Notes: a model not told the origin generated them from the letters alone. A stretch of 64,000 nt of DNA from Acidimicrobiales bacterium (GCA_963422745.1 OY730477.1:759734-823733), one strand, 5' to 3'. Numbered from the stretch's first letter, positions 18,666 through 27,694 are shown. A program made the numbers and translations.

Positions 18666-19892
18666 ATGGTGGCTATGGGGGACAAAATCATCCTTGTAGA
18701 AGGCGTCTACAAGATTTTCGGGCCCCAGCCCGCAGGACGAGCCTTGGATCTTGCCCGGTCCGGTGTGGGCAAAGACCAAGTCCAAGCCGAGACGGGTCAT
18801 GTGATCGGCCTCCACGACGTGACTTTCTCAGTACGCAAAGGTGAAATCTTTGTGATTATGGGCCTATCCGGCTCAGGCAAATCCACGGCATTGCGTGCGG
18901 TTAACAAGCTTCATGAAGTCACCGTTGGCACTGTAGCGGTTGACGGCATTGACGTGCAAGCGTTGGAGGGCACTGATCTTCAGGCCTTCCGCCGGGAACA
19001 TATGGGCATGGTGTTCCAGCATTTTGCCCTGTTCCCGCATCGCAATGTCATAGATAATGTGAGCTATGGCCTCAAGGTTCAAGGTGTCAACAAGAAAACC
19101 CGCGAAGAAGCGGGCATGCGGGCATTGGGTCTTGTCGGTCTGGGCGCTTACGCCATGAATTTTCCGTCCGAGTTGTCGGGCGGCATGCAGCAGCGGGTTG
19201 GGCTGGCCCGGGCGCTGACCTCAGATCCTGAAATCTTGCTGATGGATGAGGCCTTCAGCGCGCTTGATCCGTTGATACGCCGTCAGATGCAGGATGAAAT
19301 GATGGAGATCCAAAATGAACTCCAGAAGACGATTCTTTTTATAACACATGATCTCAATGAGGCACTGCGCATTGGCGATAGGGTATGCATAATGAAAGAT
19401 GGCGCAGTTGTGCAGATCGGCACACCTGATGAGATTCTCACCGAGCCCGCTACCGGCTATGTGGCCGAATTCGTCCAAGACGTAGACCAAGGCCGAGTGA
19501 TACAGGTACAGGACATTATGGGTGCGTCCCGTCCGGTTGCGAAAGACACTACTCTGTCCAACGCGCTGGCCGAGATGGGTGAACGGAACGGAGACTTTGT
19601 TCTGGACAGCAGCGGCATTCCTACGCATTTGCTCACAATGGATGATGGCCTTCGAGCCGCGAGCATGGGCAGTACCGCGTTAACACCCGCTCTGCGTGCC
19701 GACTTCCCCAAATGCTGTCCTGAAGATACACTCAACACCGTGTACGCAGCAGCGGGACGGGGTCTACCGATCGCTGTGTGTGACAAGTCGACGGGCGAGC
19801 TTATGGGCAGTCTGGATCCCAGGGACATCTTGGAAGAGATGGGCCGAGTTGAGAACCTGATAGACGACTTTGAGCGTGAGGTGTTCATGTAA
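18666..19892 (+). CDS. proV: Glycine betaine/proline ABC transporter ATP-binding protein
   Basis: Walker A GLSGSGKST, signature LSGGMQQRV, Walker B ILLMDEAFSALD, plus a C-terminal CBS-like extension as in ProV/OpuAA. Confidence 0.85.
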   Translation: MVAMGDKIILVEGVYKIFGPQPAGRALDLARSGVGKDQVQAETGHVIGLHDVTFSVRKGEIFVIMGLSGSGKSTALRAVNKLHEVTVGTVAVDGIDVQALEGTDLQAFRREHMGMVFQHFALFPHRNVIDNVSYGLKVQGVNKKTREEAGMRALGLVGLGAYAMNFPSELSGGMQQRVGLARALTSDPEILLMDEAFSALDPLIRRQMQDEMMEIQNELQKTILFITHDLNEALRIGDRVCIMKDGAVVQIGTPDEILTEPATGYVAEFVQDVDQGRVIQVQDIMGASRPVAKDTTLSNALAEMGERNGDFVLDSSGIPTHLLTMDDGLRAASMGSTALTPALRADFPKCCPEDTLNTVYAAAGRGLPIAVCDKSTGELMGSLDPRDILEEMGRVENLIDDFEREVFM

Positions 19893-20005
19893 GTTGGCTC
19901 GGGGTTGAATTACTGCTCATGAAGTCAGCGTAATTGGCCCGCCAATGATACAAAGTCTAGCTTGACTGTCAAATAGACAATTAACAACCCAGGAGGGTAC
20001 CAAAT

Positions 20006-21253
20006 ATGAACAAAAGACATGGACGCTTGTTGCTGTCATTATTTGTTGTAGTAGCGTTGTTCGCGGCTGCCTGCGGCGATGATGATGACACGTCCCCTGA
20101 AGAGACTACGCCTCCTGAAGAGACTACGCCTTCAGGGACAGAGACTACGCCTCCTGAAGAGACTACGCCTCCAGAGACAGAGACTACGCCTCCTGAAGAG
20201 ACTACGCCTCCAGAGACCACGCCTCCTAAAGAGACTGATGAGATGCCTGGTGAGGGCGTAACGGTCAGAATGGCTCGAGCCGACTGGACAACAGGATATT
20301 TCCAGGCTCAGGTTCACAAGCAACTCTTGGAAGAGCTCGGCTATGAGGTGACCGAGCCGTCTGAACGGGAGCTAGGCCCGTCGTTGGCTTATTTGGCTAT
20401 GGCTCAGGGCGATATTGACTTCTGGGCTAACAGTTGGTACCCGGGCCATAAATCATGGTTGGCGCCAGAGATGCCTGACGGGTCTTTGGTGGGAGACCAT
20501 CTTGAGATTGTGGGCGAACAGATGATGGGTGGCGGCCCTCAGGGTTTCGTGATTACAAAGTCGGTCGCCGATGAGTATAACATCACTCATCTTGATCAGC
20601 TGAATGACGATCCGGAAATCACCGCTATGTTTGATACTGATGGAAACGGAAAGGCTAATATCTACGGCTGTCCCGAGAGTTGGACCTGCGATGATATCAT
20701 CAACAGCCAGATAGCATTTTCGGGTTGGGATAACATTGAACAGGTTCAAGCGGGTTACGACGCTATGGTGGCAGAGGCTGAGACAAAGGTCAATGCCGGT
20801 GAGCCCGCTGTACTCTATACATGGGCTCCTAGTGGATATGTCACCCAATTCCGGCCCGGCGACAACGTTGTGTGGCTGGCAGTTGAGGAAGTGATTGATG
20901 ATTCAAACCCGACCGGCCTAGAGGGCGGCGAGGGGCATGATCAGACACCCGGACAGGTTCCTATCGGGCCAGATCAGTGTCCTGCAGCTGCGGATTCAGG
21001 TGCCTGTCAGGTTGGTTGGATAGCAGCCGATATCCAGGTTACAGCCAATAGTGATTTCCTTGCAGCCAATCCGGCCGCGAAAGCTCTGTGGGAGGCGGTT
21101 ATCCTGTCACCCGTTGATGTGACGCTAGCAATCATTGAGCAGAATAGCGGGAAAGACTCGGAACCTGAAATAGCTCAGTTGGCTTCCGACTGGATCGCAG
21201 ACAATCGAGCTGTTGTTGATGAATGGATAGCAACTGCTAAGGCTGCTGCGTAA
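20006..21253 (+). CDS. proX: Glycine betaine ABC transporter substrate-binding lipoprotein
   Basis: The signal ..VVALFAAAC is followed by a TTPPEE-rich linker. It sits in the ProX-type context between proV and proW, and GGAGGG lies upstream of the start. Confidence 0.75.
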   Translation: MNKRHGRLLLSLFVVVALFAAACGDDDDTSPEETTPPEETTPSGTETTPPEETTPPETETTPPEETTPPETTPPKETDEMPGEGVTVRMARADWTTGYFQAQVHKQLLEELGYEVTEPSERELGPSLAYLAMAQGDIDFWANSWYPGHKSWLAPEMPDGSLVGDHLEIVGEQMMGGGPQGFVITKSVADEYNITHLDQLNDDPEITAMFDTDGNGKANIYGCPESWTCDDIINSQIAFSGWDNIEQVQAGYDAMVAEAETKVNAGEPAVLYTWAPSGYVTQFRPGDNVVWLAVEEVIDDSNPTGLEGGEGHDQTPGQVPIGPDQCPAAADSGACQVGWIAADIQVTANSDFLAANPAAKALWEAVILSPVDVTLAIIEQNSGKDSEPEIAQLASDWIADNRAVVDEWIATAKAAA

Positions 21254-21272
21254 TTCTAGCTAGTTGATTTTG

Positions 21273-21308
21273 AGAGATGAGGGTGGGGCCGATCCCACCC
21301 TCATCTCT
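21273..21308 (+). terminator. Stem-loop (15-bp perfect stem, 6-nt loop) just after proX; candidate intrinsic terminator
   Basis: agagatgagggtggg-gccgat-cccaccctcatctct. The following T-tract is weak (ttgttg). Confidence 0.5.
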
Positions 21309-21497
21309 TGTTGCTAGCCTCAATTATGTATGGAACATGCCCTCGGTGTCGGTTGTCACCTTGCATGCTGGCATATTGTGGTATCTGATTGTGCCTTGCC
21401 TCTTTTTGGTCCTGGCTGGGTGATGTCTCTTGATGTCCTCAAGATGAGCTGCTAACGTGAACCCAACCCAAGAAAAGATGAGAGATGGTGGGGGGCC

Positions 21498-23426
21498 ATG
21501 AGGGGAACCATGATGTGGTCGCCTAGGTGGGTACGCCTGCCCCTGTTGTGGTTTGTAAGTGTACTAATGGCCAGTGCAGCAGTAGCCATAATTCTGTCAG
21601 TTCCGGCTGTAGCAGGTGCCAATGCTGAAACTGGCAGGACTACTGGGCCAGGATCACAGTCCTGCCCGGACACTGGCCCAGGGGAAACAGTGGTATTGCG
21701 GGAGGGGACTTGCGTGATTTCCTGGACCAAGACAACTGACGGAGTAGCGGATTGCTCCAACCGCTCCGGTGATCCAAATCCGTGGACCCTAAACGGTGTG
21801 CAATGCATTCGTGTAGTCAATGAGGAATATCAGGTCCAGACCACACGACGGGTGGCGCCCTTTTCGGAGCGGGTGCGGGTGGCGCCGTTCTCAAAGCGGG
21901 TACGGGTGGCGCCCTTTTCGGAGCGGGTGCGGGTGGCGCCGTTCTCAAAGCGGGTGCGGGTGGTGCCCTTTTCGGAGCGGGTGCGGGTGGCGCCCTTTTC
22001 GGAGCGGGTGCGGGTGGCGCCGTTCTCAAAGCGGGTGCGGGTGGCGCCGTTCTCAAAGCTGATCTATCAGCCTGTCCCCTACACATACAATGTGGAGATC
22101 CGGGATAGATGCGTGCGTTGGAATTACCAGAATGGTGAATGTACAGGGTGGAGATATCGAACTGAGATTCGTAAAGGCTTTAAGGTTGGTCCAGTTAGGG
22201 TGCCATTATACAACTATGAAACCAGAGATCTCTATAAGTATGAAACTAGGCAGGTCTACAACTATGAAACCAGAGAAGTCTACAACTATGGCTCTAAGGA
22301 TGTCCATAACTATGGCTCCAAAGATGTCTACAATTATGAAACTCAAGAAGTCTACAACTACGATACTAGAGAGGTCTACAACTATGAGAAAATCTATGAC
22401 ACACGGACTAGACCGGTCACCAAAATAAAACCGCATATCTTGGTCTGCCCCGACGGGTTCGCTCGCGATGGTCAACGTTGCTCCCGGCAGATGATTAGGA
22501 GGGTGACACCAATACCATTGATGTCAGCTCCTTCAGCGCCTGAGGGCCGAGCTGTGATAGTCGGTGATGGGAAGGTGACGCTCAAGTGGGCATCAAATGG
22601 TAAAGATACCACGTCTGAATATCAATGTTGGTACAGACCCGTAGGTTATCGTGAGGCGTGGATTAGATCTGTAGTCACATCCAGCCTGAGTTGTACCATA
22701 ACAGGCTTGGCCAACGGGACTGCCTACCATTTTGCAGTACGGGCAAGCAATCAAGCTGGCACAAGTTCATCCTTCACATGGCCTCATGTTGCACTACCGT
22801 TGCCTAAACCGAATATGGTTATTGAAGTACAAGAAAGTATTTCAACTAGTTCTTCTAGTACAACCACTGATGGTAGTTGTAGAATCTGGTCAGATGTTGA
22901 TGCTCGTATAGTCTTTGAGCCTCTTCACCACATGCAAGCTGATATTACCTACCAATTTGAGTGCAACGGTATCTGGGAAATGCTTGATGAACCTATTGAG
23001 GCAAATTTCTTTGGTCCTGTATTGTGCCTCCATGATCTAAGCGATCTTGATCTTGATAAAACGATGTGGGTAAGTAAATCTTACTGCACTGTTTTCGTCG
23101 CCAAGAATGTAGGATTCTACCAGTCTGCAGTTGATGATATAGCAGCAAACCTTAAGAAAATGCTCAATGACGCTAATGTTGTAGTTGACACTAAATGGGT
23201 CGATTTTTCTCAGATAGCAGACTATACGACAAGTGTAAGTTTCGAGGTAGAGTATGTTTCAACTAGCATAGTTGCTTCAAGGGGTGGTGTCGAATCCTGG
23301 CAGCGTCAAATATATGGGACAGCCTTAGCAATAGGAAGCAATTCAGGGTTTTTCCCCATAGTGGCCTGGGGCAAAGAAGGTAGTCCCTATATCATAGACA
23401 ATGTCATTACTGTCCGCCCGAAGTGA
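21498..23426 (+). CDS. Secreted repeat-rich protein of unknown function with one FN3 domain and a low-GC C-terminal domain
   Basis: 642 aa. The signal peptide ends ..PAVAGANA. It contains VAPFS[EK]RVR x7.7, YNYETREV-type octads x7.5, and an FN3-like segment (KVTLKW....Y...YR......W........C.ITGL.NGTAYHF.V.A.N). Sample lines in the C-terminal third count 40-43% GC by hand. Confidence 0.6.
   Translation: MRGTMMWSPRWVRLPLLWFVSVLMASAAVAIILSVPAVAGANAETGRTTGPGSQSCPDTGPGETVVLREGTCVISWTKTTDGVADCSNRSGDPNPWTLNGVQCIRVVNEEYQVQTTRRVAPFSERVRVAPFSKRVRVAPFSERVRVAPFSKRVRVVPFSERVRVAPFSERVRVAPFSKRVRVAPFSKLIYQPVPYTYNVEIRDRCVRWNYQNGECTGWRYRTEIRKGFKVGPVRVPLYNYETRDLYKYETRQVYNYETREVYNYGSKDVHNYGSKDVYNYETQEVYNYDTREVYNYEKIYDTRTRPVTKIKPHILVCPDGFARDGQRCSRQMIRRVTPIPLMSAPSAPEGRAVIVGDGKVTLKWASNGKDTTSEYQCWYRPVGYREAWIRSVVTSSLSCTITGLANGTAYHFAVRASNQAGTSSSFTWPHVALPLPKPNMVIEVQESISTSSSSTTTDGSCRIWSDVDARIVFEPLHHMQADITYQFECNGIWEMLDEPIEANFFGPVLCLHDLSDLDLDKTMWVSKSYCTVFVAKNVGFYQSAVDDIAANLKKMLNDANVVVDTKWVDFSQIADYTTSVSFEVEYVSTSIVASRGGVESWQRQIYGTALAIGSNSGFFPIVAWGKEGSPYIIDNVITVRPK
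21852..22058 (+). repeat. In-frame 27-bp tandem repeat x about 7.7 (VAPFS[E/K]RVR)
   Basis: gtggcgcc recurs every 27 nt from 21852 to 22041. Confidence 0.9.
22209..22388 (+). repeat. In-frame 24-bp tandem repeat x 7.5 (Y[NK]Y[EGD][TS][RKQ][DEQ][LV])
   Basis: tacaactatgaa-type units were read directly. Confidence 0.9.
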
Positions 23427-23432
23427 GGAATC

Positions 23433-23537
23433 ATGGTCGCTCCGGTAGATCAAAGTAAGAAGTTGGTCTTTCTCTTCCTTGGCGTTCTATTTATGGTAAC
23501 TTGCTTGACGACTTTGAATGGAGGCGTTCATAAATGA
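23433..23537 (+). CDS. 34-aa hydrophobic micro-protein, translationally coupled to proW (below the ORF-track length cutoff)
   Basis: ATG at 23433 with GAGGA 4 nt upstream. It translates to MVAPVDQSKKLVFLFLGVLFMVTCLTTLNGGVHK. Its TGA (23535-23537) overlaps the proW ATG (23534-23536) as ATGA. Confidence 0.45.
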   Translation: MVAPVDQSKKLVFLFLGVLFMVTCLTTLNGGVHK

Positions 23538-25624
23538 GCTACTTAGCTCAAACTACTGACAAAGAGCCGGGTGATCCCTCGCTACTAGATAATCTTGTGC
23601 TTGACGAGTATGAGATTCCTTTTGGCGCGTGGATGGACCAGGCGGTTGACTGGATTTCGGTCAACCTCGGCTGGCTGCTAGATGTGATCAGGTGGCCCTT
23701 TAGGACCCTGATCAACTTCTTGGTCCAGGACATCTTGGAGCCGGTTTCCTGGGTATGGGTAATCCTGCTATTCTTTGTGATCGGCTCCCTGGTGAGAAAC
23801 ATCAAGGTCGGTGCCTTTGCCGGTATTGGCCTAGGGGTGTGCGGACTCCTCGGTAATGCTCTATGGCTTGAGACGGCGCGCACGATCGGTTATGTGGGTG
23901 TGGCCGTTCTGTTGTGTGTTTTGATCGGTATTCCGGTCGGAATAGCGTGCGGCCGGATGGACGCATTGTGGCAGGTGGTCAGACCGGCGTTGGATGCCAT
24001 GCAGGTCGTGCACTCATTCGTCTACATGCTTCCGTTCATCTATTTCTTTGGTGTAGGAGAAGTTTCGGCCACGATGGTGACGATGGTATTCGCGTTGCCG
24101 CCGCTGGTGCGGCTCACCAATCTCGGTATCCGTCAAGTACCTGAGGATGTTGTGGAGGCAAGCCGAGCTTACGGAGCTCCCGAGTGGCGGGTACTCATTG
24201 ATGTGCAGATTCCGTTGGCTCGATCTGCCATCATGACCGGCATCAATCAGACTTTGTTGCTAGCTATATCCATGCTAGGCATCGCGGCGATCATGGGCGC
24301 AGGAGGTCTGGGTCGCCCGCTCTTGGGCGCGCTGAACCGTCAAAGTGTGGCGGAGGGTGCTGCGGCCGGATTGGCCTTCTTCTTAGTTGCAGTCGTTCTT
24401 GATCGCGTTTCTCAGCCCGAGAAAACCGATGGAGGGAGCTTGTTCCGCCGTATCCGCTTAGCTTGGGCCCACCGTCGTGATCCGGAAACTCTATTGAAGG
24501 ATGACGTTGACCCCGCCGCGGATGAACCCGCTGCTGTTGACGTGACAACCCGGTCTGATGTTACCGTGGCTACGGTTACAACCGCGGAACGCAGGGCCAT
24601 TCTGGTGGCAGCAGCTGGCGGCGTGCTGGCGGCTCTTTCCGTGTTTTTCACGTGGAGTAGCGGAGCTGGCTTTCTGAGCGCCTACGGCCGCCGAGTTGAC
24701 GAAGAACTCATAGGTCAGTCCTTCAACGGCTTCTCGGCTAGTGGCGGGTCATGGTTTGGATATCTGGTTTTTGTTCTTGGGTTGTTCACGGTTGCTGCAG
24801 CCGTCACGACGGTTCTCGCCCCCGGCCGAGGGCCGCGCTGGTGGGCTACGGATGGCGCTGTGATATTCTCACTGGCCCTATTGGTTACGGTAGGCTGCTA
24901 CATGCTGGCCGCACCCTCTGATCTGACGGTCGGCCAAACCACTGGAATCGGCGTGTACTTGAGTCTGGTCGGGGCGCTGGTTGCAGTATTCGGATCAGTG
25001 TGGTGGTTACGTCTAGCGCCCTACTCGTCGGTTCGTCCACTGTCTACCGGAATCGGGTGGGGCCGGCTGGTCGGCTCGGGTGCGGCTGTGATTATTGTTG
25101 CTATAGGTGCGATCTCGGGGTGGAGCTTTGATGGTAGAGCTGACTTGATTTTCTCAGCCGATGCCCTAGCCCAAATTGAAGCTTTGGAAGCTGAAGCCCG
25201 AGCGAACCCCGCTGATGCGGGTGTTATAGCCATGAAGATCGCAACTCTCTCAGAAGAACTCAAAACCGAAAAGAGTATCATTGTTGATGGGATCAGTAGC
25301 GAGGGATCCGGGTTGGGGATCTGGACTTTTTTGGTCGGTTTGGCTGGTTTAGCCGTTTCATTGCCTGCGGCAGGGTGTTTCGGTTGTCTTGAACGTGATC
25401 GGTGGCTCTGGAGCACAATCACGGCTGGGATTGGGGCCGGAGTTGCGAGCGTGGCATTTGGATGGATTTTCACTCACGTGCGTTCTGCTGACGACAACTA
25501 CTTGAGCGGTGTTGGATCGTTTCTTGTGTTAGTGGGTGGTTGTGTGTTGGTGGCCAGTACGGCGGGAGTGCTCAAGGAGTTCCGCCGCTCTAAAGTGTAC
25601 TCGGGTGTGGTCAGCGCAAACTAA
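23534..25624 (+). CDS. proW: Glycine betaine ABC transporter permease fused to an approximately 390-aa C-terminal multi-TM extension
   Basis: The N-terminal approximately 300 aa look like ProW (FGAWMDQAVDWI.., EAS.AYGA motif, LPPLVRLTNLG). The rest is hydrophobic, with about 8 predicted TM segments. GGAGG lies 10 nt upstream. Confidence 0.8.
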   Translation: MSYLAQTTDKEPGDPSLLDNLVLDEYEIPFGAWMDQAVDWISVNLGWLLDVIRWPFRTLINFLVQDILEPVSWVWVILLFFVIGSLVRNIKVGAFAGIGLGVCGLLGNALWLETARTIGYVGVAVLLCVLIGIPVGIACGRMDALWQVVRPALDAMQVVHSFVYMLPFIYFFGVGEVSATMVTMVFALPPLVRLTNLGIRQVPEDVVEASRAYGAPEWRVLIDVQIPLARSAIMTGINQTLLLAISMLGIAAIMGAGGLGRPLLGALNRQSVAEGAAAGLAFFLVAVVLDRVSQPEKTDGGSLFRRIRLAWAHRRDPETLLKDDVDPAADEPAAVDVTTRSDVTVATVTTAERRAILVAAAGGVLAALSVFFTWSSGAGFLSAYGRRVDEELIGQSFNGFSASGGSWFGYLVFVLGLFTVAAAVTTVLAPGRGPRWWATDGAVIFSLALLVTVGCYMLAAPSDLTVGQTTGIGVYLSLVGALVAVFGSVWWLRLAPYSSVRPLSTGIGWGRLVGSGAAVIIVAIGAISGWSFDGRADLIFSADALAQIEALEAEARANPADAGVIAMKIATLSEELKTEKSIIVDGISSEGSGLGIWTFLVGLAGLAVSLPAAGCFGCLERDRWLWSTITAGIGAGVASVAFGWIFTHVRSADDNYLSGVGSFLVLVGGCVLVASTAGVLKEFRRSKVYSGVVSAN

Positions 25625-26198
25625 GGAAACCGTAGCCTCTGAAACCCGTAACTTCTGAAACCCGTAGCCAGTTGATGAAGTTCAGAGACGGAGTTTGAGA
25701 GGCGCGCCCAGCTTAGCCTGGAGAATTGACTAGCTGATCCTTGTGCTCCATGAGGCCGGTGTCAACAGCCATGATCGTCCCTTTGTGGCCGCGCCGACGA
25801 CCCTGTCAACATTACGGTGGCGCGAGCTTGAGGTAGCGCGGTGCCCTTCGCCTTTATGTAATTTGTGTGGTCGGCGCAAATGTGACCGAAGTCACCGCGG
25901 AATAGTTGCGATTCTTGGGTCTAACTGGCAAGATGCTGACATCGGCCCATGGGGCCGGACCTGAGCATCCGGGACTGCCGGCTCTTCCCAACGGTAAGCG
26001 CGCGACACGGTGTCGCCGCCATCTTTCCCAGGAGTACTGCCATGGTGCACTACAACGTTTCTTTCTCGCGTGTATGGCGTGAGGCAATGGGTCCCGGTTT
26101 CGTCTCGGGTCCAGGTGAGAAGACCATCGCGGTAATCGCCGCGGCATCGGTCGGTCCATCTGGGGCTGGGCGTCCCGGTCGTCGCCGCTAGACGACAA

Positions 26199-26339
26199 TC
26201 CGCAGTTGGCCAGGACGACCGTAGTTGGCCAGGCCGACGGCAGTTTGATAAGGCCGACCGTAGTTGGCCAGGCCGACGGCAGTTTGATAAGGCCGACCGC
26301 AGTTTCAACAGGCTGACCGCAGTTTGAACAGGCCGACCG
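26199..26339. repeat. Array of about 7 degenerate 19-20-bp direct repeats (includes a 39-bp higher-order unit x2)
   Basis: ccgcagttggccaggacga / ccgtagttggccaggccga / cggcagtttgataaggccga (x2 as a 39-mer) / ccgcagtttcaacaggctga / ccgcagtttgaacaggccga. Confidence 0.85.
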
Positions 26340-26401
26340 ATATCGCATCATGACTTAGGTGTTCAAGGTGATAGATGCCCGGTCCCTCTAGGCTCGGTGT
26401 T

Positions 26402-27694
26402 ATGACAGAAGCCGACTTTCTGCGATTCGACACTCTGAGCCTTCATGCAGGCCAGCATCCCGACCCTGTAACCGGGGCACGGGCGGTGCCGATTTACATG
26501 ACCACCTCGTACGTGTTTAACGACAGCGATCATGCCGCCAGTCTGTTCAACCTTGAAGTGCCAGGTTACATCTACTCACGCATCAACAACCCCACAGTTG
26601 CGGTCCTCGAGGAGCGCCTAGCTGCCCTTGAGGGAGGCGTTGGGGCTGTTTGCACAGCGTCGGGGCAGGCGGCCTTTCATCTGGCGGTGCTCACCTTGAT
26701 GGGCAGCGGCGGCCACATCGTCGCCGGGCGCAACATCTACGGGGGCACGCATCAGATGCTCAACGTCACGCTGCCCCGTTTCGGCATTGAAACCACGTTC
26801 GTGGACCCCCGCCATCCCGAGGAGTTCGCAGCTGCGATCCGTCCCGAGACCCGGCTGGTGTTCGCCGAGACTCTCGGCAATCCTGGCATTGAAGTGCTTG
26901 ACATTGAAGCAGTGGCCGATGAGGCCCATGCCGCGGGCTTGCCTCTGATGGTCGACTCGACCTTCAGCACGCCTTACCTGATGCGTCCGATCGAGTACGG
27001 TGCCGACATCATCATGCACTCGGCCACGAAATTCCTTGGCGGTCACGGGGTGGCCATTGGCGGTGCGCTTGTCGACAGTGGCCGGTTCGACTGGGAGGCC
27101 TCTGGGCGCTTCGACACGATGACCGAGCCCTACGCCGGTTATCACGGCATTTCGTTCGTTGACGAGTTCGGTCCTGCCGCGTTCGTCACCCGAGCCCGAG
27201 TCGAAGGCTTGCGTGATTTCGGCGCATGCCTTTCACCCGCTAACGCATTCCAGATACTGCAAGGCGTTGAGACCCTGTCGCTGCGGATGAGCCGACACGT
27301 CGAAAACACCGAAGCGATCGTTGAGATGCTCTCGGCTCACGATTCGGTTCGCTGGGTCAGCCATCCAAGCGCTTCAGATCACCCTGATCGGGAGCTGGCT
27401 CAGCGCCTCTACCCCCGCGGTACTGGTGCCATCTTGAGCTTCGGCATCAAAGGAGGCCGCGAAGCCGGTAGGAAGTTCATCGATTCGGTGAGGTTGGCTT
27501 CGCACCTCGCCAACGTCGGTGACGCCAAGACCCTGGTCTTGCACCCGGCGACCACTACGCATCGTCAACTCTGTGCTGCCGACCTTGCCGAAGCTGGGAT
27601 CACCGAAGACATGATCCGTATGTCTGTCGGTCTTGAGGATCGCCGAGACATCATCGACGATCTCTCCGCCGCACTGAAGGCCTCGCAGCGGTAG
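26402..27694 (+). CDS. metY: O-acetylhomoserine sulfhydrylase
   Basis: MTEADFLRFDTLSLHAGQ.., YSRINNPT, and SATKFLGGHG (PLP lysine). Confidence 0.85.
   Translation: MTEADFLRFDTLSLHAGQHPDPVTGARAVPIYMTTSYVFNDSDHAASLFNLEVPGYIYSRINNPTVAVLEERLAALEGGVGAVCTASGQAAFHLAVLTLMGSGGHIVAGRNIYGGTHQMLNVTLPRFGIETTFVDPRHPEEFAAAIRPETRLVFAETLGNPGIEVLDIEAVADEAHAAGLPLMVDSTFSTPYLMRPIEYGADIIMHSATKFLGGHGVAIGGALVDSGRFDWEASGRFDTMTEPYAGYHGISFVDEFGPAAFVTRARVEGLRDFGACLSPANAFQILQGVETLSLRMSRHVENTEAIVEMLSAHDSVRWVSHPSASDHPDRELAQRLYPRGTGAILSFGIKGGREAGRKFIDSVRLASHLANVGDAKTLVLHPATTTHRQLCAADLAEAGITEDMIRMSVGLEDRRDIIDDLSAALKASQR

Noticed and set aside
25854-26351. 165-aa and 138-aa minus-strand ORFs in the proW-metY gap as real genes
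   Set aside because: Their 5' parts merely translate the 19-20-bp repeats. The remainder is Arg/Pro/Trp-rich with no recognisable motif or RBS, so I treat it as non-coding or decayed sequence.
26160-26401. SAM riboswitch (S-box or SAM-IV) in the metY leader
   Set aside because: I could not find the conserved core strings I remember for these classes. The region is dominated by 19-20-bp direct repeats. A covariance-model scan would be needed to exclude it properly.
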